DNA from: an uncultured Pirellulales bacterium
GTDB lineage: Bacteria > Planctomycetota > Planctomycetia > Pirellulales > Lacipirellulaceae
Length of the DNA stretch: 53,471 nucleotides
Assembly: GCA_947258835.1 (NCBI GenBank)
Contig: CAMYJY010000002.1
Location: 10,692-64,162, forward strand
Direction: 5' to 3'
Positions within the stretch are counted from its first letter, which is position 1, and each line of letters starts with the position of its first letter. The notes below the pieces were generated by a model, which saw only the letters and a list, made by a program, of their open reading frames with translations, was not told the DNA's origin and searched no databases. Below are positions 45,184-53,471 of the stretch, piece by piece. The position numbers and the translations under genes were made by a program.

Positions 45184-47949
45184 TCAGTTGTTGGATTCGT
45201 CAAAGCTGCGACCAATTTCTTCGATGCGGTAGACCTCCATCAAATCACCTTCCTTGATGTCATTGAAACCCGCCAGTTTGATGCCACACTCCATGCCTTC
45301 ACGCACTTCTTTGGCATCGTCTTTCTCGCGGCGGAGTGTGTCGATGGGATAATCGCCGATAATCGTGCTCTCGCGGATGACGCGCGCCCGGCTGTTCCGC
45401 TCGACGGTGCCCGCCAACACACGGCAGCCGGCAATCACTCCCACGCGGCTGATTTTGAACGTCTGTTGGACCAACGCACGACCCAGATCGACCTCCCGCT
45501 CTTCCGGTTTCAGCAAACCCTCCAAAGCGGCTTTGAGGTCTTCGGTGATTTTGTAGATGACTTGGTACCGCTTGATCTGCACGCCTCTTTGTTCGGCCAA
45601 GATGCGTGCCGATTCATCCGCCACGACGTTGAAGCCAATGATGATTGCATCGGAGGCATCGGCCAGTGTCACGTCGGCTTCCGAAACACCACCGACGGAG
45701 GCTTGCAAGAGCTTGATTTTCACCTCGGGATGGTCCAGCTTTTCCAGCTCTTTTTGCAAAGCCTCGATGGATCCGCGGACATCGGCACGGAGGATGAGAT
45801 TGAGCGTTTGGACGCCGCCGTCGCCCTCCAAGCGATCGAAGAGATTTTCCAAGGTGACGTGCTGGATTCCCGAGCCCAACGTGGAAGATCGCTCCGACTC
45901 GGCGCGATTTTCCGCGATCGCGCGGGCATCGGCAATGTCGTCGAGGACATAAAAATGCTCGCCTGCCGCCGGGGCAATGTCGAATCCCGTAATGTTGATG
46001 GGAATACTGGGTCCGGCTTGCTCGACCCGTACCTGGGGGTGGAGGGTGTCGTACATGGCTTTGACTTTACCGTAGGCCTGGCCGCACACCACCACATCGC
46101 CCACACGCAGCGTACCTTTTTGCACGATCACTTTGGCCACCACGCCGCGGCCCGTTTCTTGCTGCGCCTCCAGGCAGGTTCCCGTGGCAGCCCGGCCGGG
46201 ATTGGCCTGGTATTCATGCAGTTCGGCGACGGTGAGCACCGTTTCCAGCAACTCGTCCAGGCCTGCGCCGGTCGTGGCGCTGGTTTGCACCACCTCCACA
46301 TCGCCGCCCCATTCACTGGGAAGCAATTCGTTGACCGACAGGTCCTGCATCACGCGATTGATGTCGACTCCGGGCAAGTCAATCTTGTTGAGTGCCACCA
46401 CGATGGGCACTTCGGCAGCCCGCGCGTGGCTGATGGCCTCTTCCGTTTGCGGCATCACCCCGTCGTCGGCAGCAACCACCAACACGGCAATGTCCGTGAC
46501 GGTGGCTCCCCGCGCACGCATTTCCGTGAATGCTTCGTGGCCCGGGGTATCGACGAAAGACAGCTGTCGACCGTCCTTGTCGATGGTGTAGGCGCGGATG
46601 TGTTGCGTGATGCCGCCACTTTCGCCGCTTACCACATCGATGCCAATGATGGAATCCAGCAGTGAGGTTTTGCCGTGATCGACGTGCCCCAGGAAAGTGA
46701 CGACCGGTGGTCGCGGTACCAGATCCGCTGGGGCGTCCTCCAGCTCTTGAATCCCCAACAGCAATTCATCTTCTTTGCTGACGGCTGCTTTGAACTCAAT
46801 GTCAACACCCAACTCCGCCGCTACAAATTGGGTGAGTTCTGGATCCATTTGGGCGGTGATCGTGGTCATCACGCCCTCCTGCATCAAAATCCGTAAGATT
46901 TCGTTGGCAGGGACACCGGTGGCCGCGGAGAATTCGCGGATGGAGCAGGGCAGCTGCAGCGCAACCTTCTCTTTGCGCGGCGCGGCCGTGCTGACGCCGG
47001 ACTTTTTGGTACGGCGAAACGTGCGGCGACGGCTGAAATGATCGCCCGTGCTCCGCCGGGATTGGCGCTGGCGGCTGAGCTGGCGTTGCTCGCGCCCACC
47101 CAACATCGGATCTCCGGTGGAATCCCCCGGCTTGCCTTTGTGGCGTTTTCCGCGGCCGCGACCCTCGGATTCTGGGGGCGCTTCGGGCGGACGTTTGGCT
47201 TTTTCGAGCGATTCCTCGTGCTTCCGCAGATGGGCCGTCAACGGTTTAGAATCGGCCTTGCCCGCGCGGAGGGCGTCCGCTGGCAGCCTCATGTCGGGCT
47301 TTTGAGTCGGTTCTTCCGATGTTTTTGCCGCCGGTGAGATTTCTGGCTGATCCGCGGCCGGAATCGGGGCCAGCTTCACGGCTGGGCGTGTGCGAGGAAC
47401 ATTGCCCGTGGCAGCAGGCTTGGAACTTTTTCCCGCAGAACGCCCGCTATCCAGCGTGGGCAATTTCCCGGTGGCATGGCCGGGTCCCACATACTCCTCG
47501 CGCCGCATGACACCGGCCAAGGGGCCAGGCGAACGGGGGCCCTCCGCCGCGTCGCCCTGGGCTACGTCTTCGTCGGCCGTTTTTGTGGGAGCAGGTGGGC
47601 TGTCGGAGGTCTTGGCGACTGGCTCCGACTTGACCTGGGATTCCAGTCGCGCCTGGCGGATGGCGGCCAAGGGAGAGGCCGGTCGGGCAGCACTGATGAC
47701 CGGCATTTTGCCAGTGCGTGCCGCTTCGCTCGGGCGTTCCGGGGTCGGGGCGGCGGCAGGCGATGAAGCAGCCGGGCCGGCGGATCCCGACGGCTTGCTG
47801 AAGTGCTCGCGCAGTTTGGCGACTTCTTCTTCGTTGAGACTTGCCAGCGCAGAGCCCTTGCCTCGAATACCTACTTTAGTGCAGATATCGACCAGCTCTT
47901 TGCTGTCAACTTTTAGTTCCTTTGCCAAGGAGTATATACGAACTGCCAA
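45184..47949 (-). CDS. infB: Translation initiation factor IF-2
   Basis: RPPVVTFLGHVDHGKTSLLD, GGITQHI, DTPGHEAFTEMRARGA and NKID motifs; likely TTG start (MAVRIYSLAKEL) at 47949 after GGAG. Confidence 0.98.
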   Translation of the reverse strand: MAVRIYSLAKELKVDSKELVDICTKVGIRGKGSALASLNEEEVAKLREHFSKPSGSAGPAASSPAAAPTPERPSEAARTGKMPVISAARPASPLAAIRQARLESQVKSEPVAKTSDSPPAPTKTADEDVAQGDAAEGPRSPGPLAGVMRREEYVGPGHATGKLPTLDSGRSAGKSSKPAATGNVPRTRPAVKLAPIPAADQPEISPAAKTSEEPTQKPDMRLPADALRAGKADSKPLTAHLRKHEESLEKAKRPPEAPPESEGRGRGKRHKGKPGDSTGDPMLGGREQRQLSRQRQSRRSTGDHFSRRRTFRRTKKSGVSTAAPRKEKVALQLPCSIREFSAATGVPANEILRILMQEGVMTTITAQMDPELTQFVAAELGVDIEFKAAVSKEDELLLGIQELEDAPADLVPRPPVVTFLGHVDHGKTSLLDSIIGIDVVSGESGGITQHIRAYTIDKDGRQLSFVDTPGHEAFTEMRARGATVTDIAVLVVAADDGVMPQTEEAISHARAAEVPIVVALNKIDLPGVDINRVMQDLSVNELLPSEWGGDVEVVQTSATTGAGLDELLETVLTVAELHEYQANPGRAATGTCLEAQQETGRGVVAKVIVQKGTLRVGDVVVCGQAYGKVKAMYDTLHPQVRVEQAGPSIPINITGFDIAPAAGEHFYVLDDIADARAIAENRAESERSSTLGSGIQHVTLENLFDRLEGDGGVQTLNLILRADVRGSIEALQKELEKLDHPEVKIKLLQASVGGVSEADVTLADASDAIIIGFNVVADESARILAEQRGVQIKRYQVIYKITEDLKAALEGLLKPEEREVDLGRALVQQTFKISRVGVIAGCRVLAGTVERNSRARVIRESTIIGDYPIDTLRREKDDAKEVREGMECGIKLAGFNDIKEGDLMEVYRIEEIGRSFDESNN

Positions 47950-48125
47950 CTTGAATTCTCCGGGCGAGTGGCCGTTTGTGGGCACCGCTGCTGGTGTTCC
48001 CAGGAGGAACGGGCAAGGGTGCGGGGAAACGATCGGCTCGCGTTGATTAAAACTACTGACTTTCTTTAGGAAACCATTACGATCATCCTCCACGAGTGCT
48101 CAAACAAACTCCGAATAAAATGCAG

Positions 48126-49559
48126 TTAAGATGCGGGCTCAGAGCCCGTGGCAGAGCGGTCCGCCTCTTGCTCGTCGGTTGGCTGCGTTTCAGTCGTTGC
48201 TGCTTCTGCTGCGGGAGCCTCCGTGGCCGCGGACTCACTGCCAGCGACCTCTGCGGCGTCTGGGTCTGCGGGGTCCGGGTCTGCCGTGGCCGCCGGCTCG
48301 GGGGCTGCCACTTTCTCGGCAGCGGCGTCCGCAGCGGCCTGCCGCTTTTCCTGCTGCACTGCTTGCCGCTCGGCTTCGCGTTTGCGCAGCCGTGCTGCGG
48401 TGGCAGCTTTCTCTGCTTCTTCGGCTTTGAACTCGGCTTGTTCCACAATGGCGTCGACTTCTGCTGCCGAAAGTTTGCCCATTTCCATGAGAGCATCTGG
48501 CTCAATGACCGAGAGGTCGTCGTAACTCAGGAAACCCTCTTCCACCAGCCGTTCCGCCAGCTCCACAGCGACGCCCTCCAAGGCGCTAAAGCCTTGCACG
48601 GCGCGGTCAATCGACTCCGCCAATTCTTCCTGGGTCATGATCTCAATGTCCCAGCCAGACAGCTTGCTGGCCAACCGGACATTTTGACCACGTCGCCCGA
48701 TCGCTAGTGAGAGCTGGTCTTCCCGCACCAAGACAATCGCTCGTCCCAGCATCTTGCAGAGAATCACCTGCTCGACCTCGGCCGGCTGCAGGGCATTGGG
48801 AATTAGCACCTCCAGGTTGTCGTCCCAGCGGACAATATCAATCCGTTCACCACCGAGTTCGTCGACAATATTCTTGATGCGGTTTCCCCGCACACCGACG
48901 CAAGCACCCACGCAATCGACGCGCTGGTCCGAACTACTCACCGCTACCTTCGACCGATAACCGGGCTCCCGTGACATCGAACGAACTTCGATGATGCCGT
49001 CCACAATTTCAGGGATTTCTTGTTCAAACAGCCGCTGCACCAGCTGCGGGCGGGCGCGGCTCAGAATGACCTTCACACGGCTACCCGCTTTGCGCACCTC
49101 AAACACCGTGCCCCGTACGCGCTCGTTGACGTGGTGCGATTCGCCGGGAATTTGTTCACTGCGCGGTAAAATAGCTTCCACGTTGCTGAGGGCCACCGTG
49201 GCCGCGCCCCCTTCATAACGCTGTACGACGCCGCTCACCATTTCGCCAACCAGCTCCGTGTACTCCTCGTAGAGGGCATCCCGCTCGGCTTCGCGAATTT
49301 TTTGAATCATCACCTGCTTGGCTGTTTGAGCCCCAATGCGGCCCACTGTTTCTTCGGAATCTAAAACCTCGCCATCACAGGTGGCCGAAATCTCCCCCGT
49401 TTTCCGGTCGATCTCCACGACGATGTCGGACTCTTCACCGTAGTGTTTCTTAGCAGCGGATACGAGCGCAGCCTCAATTCCCTCGAACACGATTTCCTGT
49501 TCGATGTTTTTGTCGCGATGGATGGCATCGACGATGCGTAGCACTTCGGTGGCGTTCAT
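48126..49559 (-). CDS. nusA: Transcription termination/antitermination factor NusA
   Basis: [40 protein letters not shown] and [13 protein letters not shown] motifs; start placed at ATG 49559. Confidence 0.98.
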   Translation of the reverse strand: MNATEVLRIVDAIHRDKNIEQEIVFEGIEAALVSAAKKHYGEESDIVVEIDRKTGEISATCDGEVLDSEETVGRIGAQTAKQVMIQKIREAERDALYEEYTELVGEMVSGVVQRYEGGAATVALSNVEAILPRSEQIPGESHHVNERVRGTVFEVRKAGSRVKVILSRARPQLVQRLFEQEIPEIVDGIIEVRSMSREPGYRSKVAVSSSDQRVDCVGACVGVRGNRIKNIVDELGGERIDIVRWDDNLEVLIPNALQPAEVEQVILCKMLGRAIVLVREDQLSLAIGRRGQNVRLASKLSGWDIEIMTQEELAESIDRAVQGFSALEGVAVELAERLVEEGFLSYDDLSVIEPDALMEMGKLSAAEVDAIVEQAEFKAEEAEKAATAARLRKREAERQAVQQEKRQAAADAAAEKVAAPEPAATADPDPADPDAAEVAGSESAATEAPAAEAATTETQPTDEQEADRSATGSEPAS

Positions 49560-49620
49560 GTTGTTCTCGCGCGGCGTATTTCGCCCGCCGTAGGGCAACC
49601 AAGTTGTTCGAATTGTTTTA

Positions 49621-49990
49621 CTGCACGTCCCATCGGCTCTTGCTGCACGTCCCAAAACGTGCCGTGCTGCCATCTTTCCCGGCCGCTGGATGCCTCCGGT
49701 GCGGTTCCGGGACTGGACGAAACTCCTTGTAGCGAGCCAACTTACAAGCAGTTCGCAAGCTGGTCAGCTTACTAGCCCGAAAATGGCATGTCAAGTCACG
49801 GCCCGGTTTGATTCTGCGAGCGGGTGCCGGAACGGGCTTGTACAAACTTCGCTACCGTCTGGCTGCGAATATCAGATTTCTCCAGCGAGTGGTGTGAAAT
49901 CGCCGGAATTTGGAGAAAGAGCCCTAGCCGATGGGCGATAGCCCCGGTTCCGTGAGACGCACAAGAACCGGGGCTATCGCCCATCGGCTA
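49621..49990. repeat. Mosaic repeat cluster upstream of nusA
   Basis: Reverse copy of the TCCAGCGGCCGGGA element (49635-49699), GTGCCGGAACGGGCTTG module (near 49824) and TAGCCGATGGGCG hairpin (49925-49990). Confidence 0.88.
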
Positions 49991-50066
49991 AGGATAAAAA
50001 GTGCCGTTGCAGCTAGCAGGTCCTGCAGCTGGCCTGGTCGGCGGCTGTGAGCAGGTCGCCTGCCAA

Positions 50067-51407
50067 CTAGTCGGAAACGCGGGCGACAACCACGGCTGCA
50101 GCTTGGGCCTGCGGCGTGATACTGAGCTTCAAGAAGCTGTCGCCCGGTGCTGTCGCGGTGTTCACCGCCAGGGGGGGGGCGGCCGGGTCGGGAGTTGTGT
50201 AGTTGAGTGTCCGGAACAATGCACCCGCTTGCAGTGACTTCAGGCTAGCCACGAATTCAACCATCCCACTACCCGCGCCCAGATTGCCGAAGTAGCTCTT
50301 GGCGGCCACCAAGGGAATTGTCTGGCTGTGTTCGCCCAGCACCTGCTGCAAGGCGGCTGCTTCCGCCCGGTCGCTGGCGGGGGTGCCCAGTCCATGGGCG
50401 TTGATATGGCCCAACCGGGAAGGGCACAGGCCAGATTCCGTTAGCGCCCGCCCTGCGGCCACGGTGAGAGCTGTCGTGGGTTGTCGTTGCCCCTGGGCGT
50501 CCGTGACAGAGGAACTGCCCGTTCCCAGCACCTCGCCATAGATGGTGGCGCCCCGCTGTCTGGCGGATTCCAATTCCTCAAGGAGGATGGCCCCGGCACC
50601 CTCGCCCACGACCATGCCGGTGCGCGCTGCATCAAAAGGCCGAGAGGCTTCAGCCGGGGGCAGGTGGGCCGCGGCCAGCTGCTCTTGCTGGATGGCGTGC
50701 AGGGTTTTGAAAGGATGGATCCTGGTTCCCGTGGCACCTGCGAGCATGCGATCGGCATGGCCTCGCTCGATCGATTGCGCTGCCTCGCGGATCGCCATCA
50801 GCCCTGAAACTTCACGGAGCGTGAGCGAATTATTGGGCCCCCGGAGGTCATTCAAGATGGCGATATGGCTGCCCGGCATGTTGGGCAGGAACTTGAGCAT
50901 CCACAGGGGATTCATTTCGCGCAGGCCATCGGTTCCCCAGCGGGGGTAATCTAGTTTTCCCGAGTTGGCATCGCAGGTGACCATGCCGTCGATGAAGTCC
51001 GCGGGTGGACTGAGCATGTAGTCGCTACCAAAAACGACTCCCGAGCGGTCGGGTTCCAGGGGTTGTTCACCAAAACCGGCATCGGCCACCGCATGCTGGG
51101 CAGCGGCCACGGCCATCATGGTTTCGCGGCACATCACCTTCAAAGCCTTGCGAATGGCCTTCTTGCGCTCCTTGCCGAGGGGGCCAAAATTCTCGATTCC
51201 CCCGGTAAACGCCGTAGCCTCTCCACCGAAAACAACATGGCCCGACAGTGCCGGCAGCAGGGACAGGGAGTCCACGCCGCTGCGGCCAGCCGTCACTGCC
51301 TGCCATAGCTCGTCCACGGAATTGCCCAGCGGGCAGATAACCCCCAGCCCGGTAATGGCCACGCGACGAGAGGGAGGGTCCAGCGACGAGTATGCGGATG
51401 CGGTCAT
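50067..51407 (-). CDS. FabF-like beta-ketoacyl synthase with non-canonical active site
   Basis: RRVAITGLGVICPLG, LRGPNNS, SRPFDAARTGMVVGEGAG and INAHGLGT; the catalytic Cys position is Glu and the second His is Asn. Confidence 0.92.
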   Translation of the reverse strand: MTASAYSSLDPPSRRVAITGLGVICPLGNSVDELWQAVTAGRSGVDSLSLLPALSGHVVFGGEATAFTGGIENFGPLGKERKKAIRKALKVMCRETMMAVAAAQHAVADAGFGEQPLEPDRSGVVFGSDYMLSPPADFIDGMVTCDANSGKLDYPRWGTDGLREMNPLWMLKFLPNMPGSHIAILNDLRGPNNSLTLREVSGLMAIREAAQSIERGHADRMLAGATGTRIHPFKTLHAIQQEQLAAAHLPPAEASRPFDAARTGMVVGEGAGAILLEELESARQRGATIYGEVLGTGSSSVTDAQGQRQPTTALTVAAGRALTESGLCPSRLGHINAHGLGTPASDRAEAAALQQVLGEHSQTIPLVAAKSYFGNLGAGSGMVEFVASLKSLQAGALFRTLNYTTPDPAAPPLAVNTATAPGDSFLKLSITPQAQAAAVVVARVSD

Positions 51408-51504
51408 GGCGGCAGATCAGGGGAGTGAAGGGTCGCTACCGAATGGGACCCAAATGCCAAGGAGGGTAGGCCTATGACGAGTCTAGAGCCTGAGGCCTTG
51501 GGCC

Positions 51505-52746
51505 TCAATACCTGCCATGAAAGGTCTGATTTGTGCGTGTCGCCGCGCGGGGCAAATTTCTACCCCCAGCTGGGGCCGCCGCCACGGGGCCCTTGTGCTC
51601 GACAAACAGCAAGGCGTCGGCCCGTGGTGCTGCCGAGGACAGCGGCAGGGGGAGGGCGTCGGTGAGCAGATTGGGTTTCTTGGGGCCCGGGGTGGCCACC
51701 ACGCCGGTGCTTAAGAGGAGCACCTGATTGGTGGGCCAACGGAATCGTTCGTGGAGCTGAACCATCGTCATTTGGGGTACCTGACAGACGGCCCGTTGGT
51801 TGGGGGCGATCGGGGAGGGAACCTCCAGCTTCACGGAGAGCATCTTCTCCACTTGAGCCAGGCGTAACTTAATGACGGCATCGACTGTTTTGGTATCCAG
51901 CGATAACAGGGGGCTGAACTCCAGGTTAAAACCCTCTTCGAGTTGCCCCAGCTCGGGTTGATAGCCGGGCCAGGTTTGCTGCGTGCGGATAATGCCTTTG
52001 GTGTACGGGCGATCGCGCATGGACGAGACAACCAGGTTTTGGCCATTGCGAACCATTTGATGGGGTGGATTGTGTTCACGATAGTCCGTACGGCGGCGAA
52101 GTTCGGACATCAGCAGGGCCGCGTCCTCTTTGGCCAACATCCAGCCTTGGACACCCGGCGACTGGACCGGCAAGGCCTTCATCAAGGGCAGTGCGCGGGC
52201 GCGCCAGTTGGGATTGCGGACGGTGATGATGCGGAGGCCGAACCCTTGGTTTTCGGCCTGGCTATTGACGAACCTGTCGGTGATGTCCGCCACGACCGAT
52301 TGCATTTGCGGCGTATGGTAGACGCGCAGCTTGTGACGGTCGGCGCTCAACAGACCAACGGGTGTGCTATGCCATGCCTCATAGCCGGTCTCGCGTAAGA
52401 TCCAATCCACAATGGCTTGCTCAGGCTGGACCGCGTTTTGCGCACGCAGAGTGTAGGAGCTAATGTCGTATTCTCGCCAAACCTGGCCGTGATCGTTGGG
52501 TAAGGTCCCGCTTCCTTTGGAGACGGGGGCCCGCGTAGCGGTGGGGCGGGCAGGCAGCGGGTTGGCGGGAGGGGCGGCGGGCGCCGCGGTCGGGGCGGGC
52601 GCCAAGTTTTGGTTGCCGGTGGCTGTATTCGGAGAGGACGCGCCGGGTGGCCGCCAACCGGCAGGTCCGGGGTTGAATCCCTGCCCGCAGGCATGCGGAA
52701 GCAGCGGACAGGAAGCAAGCAACATCATCGCGATGCGGACTGGCAT
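51505..52746 (-). CDS. Secreted hypothetical protein, possible divergent secretin-like fold
   Basis: Signal peptide, Pro-rich linker, WREYDI...LRVYHTP N-domain, and C-terminal GFNLEFSPLL...VPQM...QVLLLSTG; start placed at ATG 52746. Confidence 0.7.
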   Translation of the reverse strand: MPVRIAMMLLASCPLLPHACGQGFNPGPAGWRPPGASSPNTATGNQNLAPAPTAAPAAPPANPLPARPTATRAPVSKGSGTLPNDHGQVWREYDISSYTLRAQNAVQPEQAIVDWILRETGYEAWHSTPVGLLSADRHKLRVYHTPQMQSVVADITDRFVNSQAENQGFGLRIITVRNPNWRARALPLMKALPVQSPGVQGWMLAKEDAALLMSELRRRTDYREHNPPHQMVRNGQNLVVSSMRDRPYTKGIIRTQQTWPGYQPELGQLEEGFNLEFSPLLSLDTKTVDAVIKLRLAQVEKMLSVKLEVPSPIAPNQRAVCQVPQMTMVQLHERFRWPTNQVLLLSTGVVATPGPKKPNLLTDALPLPLSSAAPRADALLFVEHKGPVAAAPAGGRNLPRAATRTNQTFHGRY

Positions 52747-52927
52747 CGGGTACTCCTCGGGCAAGAGTTGGTTTTTTCCTGCGGTGCGGACCTCGGTGTG
52801 GCAGGCGACTGGCGGGAGCCTTTCCGGCAAGTGGCCTGGCCGCGGCGCCGTATCAGGGCGGGAAGTATAGAAACGCATTTTCCCAGCCACAAGAGCATCC
52901 CGGATTTTTTCCCCGGCAGCCCGACAA

Positions 52928-53471
52928 CCCAAGAGTGAGCTACCGCTCGGAAGGTATATGCCTGCCTCTGCGGGGTGCTAGCGTCAAGAATAAACCACGA
53001 AGAAAAGAAGAGCACGAAGGAATGAAACAACGAAGCGTTGGGTGCCATCCTTCAATTGTGGGTGGCACCGACACTTGTCCGTGAGGGGCGTGACCAACGA
53101 GCAAGACATGGCCGGACACGTGTCGGTGTGCGCAGCACAGGAGGTAGTGGGTGTTCCACCGCTCTCCTGCGTCATTCCCGCGCAAGCGGGAATCTAGACA
53201 ACTTGCACTGCTACTGGATTCCCGCCTGCGCGGGAATGACTGCCCACCCAAGAGTGAGCTACCGCTCGGAAGGTATGTGCCTGCCTCTGCGGGGTGCTAG
53301 CGTCAAGAATAAACCACGAAGAAAAGAAGAGCACGAAGGAATGAAACAACGAAGCGTTTGCTGCCATCCGCGGGCTTGTTTGGGTGAGGGTAGCCCAGGT
53401 TGGCGAAGCCTACCTGGGCGGCCCCCGATCAAGCCGGGGGCAGGCTCTGCCGCCAGAGGTTGTCTGCAGAT
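52928..53471. repeat. Mosaic repeat cluster with a 112-bp direct repeat
   Basis: 52928-53039 equals 53247-53358 with 1 mismatch, enclosing hairpins at 53065-53131 and 53171-53240; followed by a GTAGCCCAGGT..ACCTGGGC REP-like hairpin and further modules. Confidence 0.92.

Noticed and set aside
44950-46665. 571-aa plus-strand ORF and other long antisense ORFs (e.g. 1297-2343, 3910-4935, 9667-10824, 34359-35123)
   Set aside because: They are shadows of well-supported minus-strand genes in GC-rich DNA and have no recognisable motifs.
47950-48093. N-terminal extensions given by the ORF track for infB (and for metK, nusA, gcvPB, the YhaM-like gene, mtnA, the FHA gene)
   Set aside because: Family-typical N-termini, and in several cases RBS motifs, point to downstream starts.
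1-53471. Prophage, transposase, integrase, defence island, rRNA or tRNA genes
   Set aside because: No such motifs were recognised; the content is housekeeping genes plus non-autonomous repeats.

Overview
GC-rich housekeeping region of a bacterial chromosome. The gene content and protein styles suggest a planctomycete, probably Pirellulales (inferred, not database-confirmed). Recognisable genes, in order: ruvC (truncated), cysS, ispF, metK, a CYTH-family protein, lpxB, an M50 protease, lpxK, cysC, glucan phosphorylase, metF, a Ser/Thr kinase, TPR and FHA proteins, a gcvT-H-PA-PB-lipoate ligase cluster, rnr, a YhaM-like nuclease, proS, a tetraheme cytochrome c fused to a phosphoesterase-like domain, mtnA with a class II aldolase, yebC, rbfA, infB, nusA, an atypical ketosynthase and a divergent secretin-like protein. 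I found no rRNA, tRNA, CRISPR array, transposase or integrase. The most striking unexplained structure is a dense set of short palindromic or heptamer repeat families. They form mosaic clusters in intergenic DNA. Copies also sit in-frame inside conserved genes (lpxB, gcvPB, the class II aldolase, two hypothetical proteins), and one appears to supply the start codon of the lipoate ligase. Several enzymes show altered catalytic motifs: a ketosynthase with Cys->Glu and His->Asn, and an endonuclease III-like protein with degenerate active-site motifs and a histone H1-like tail. All assignments come from reading motifs by eye; no searches were run.
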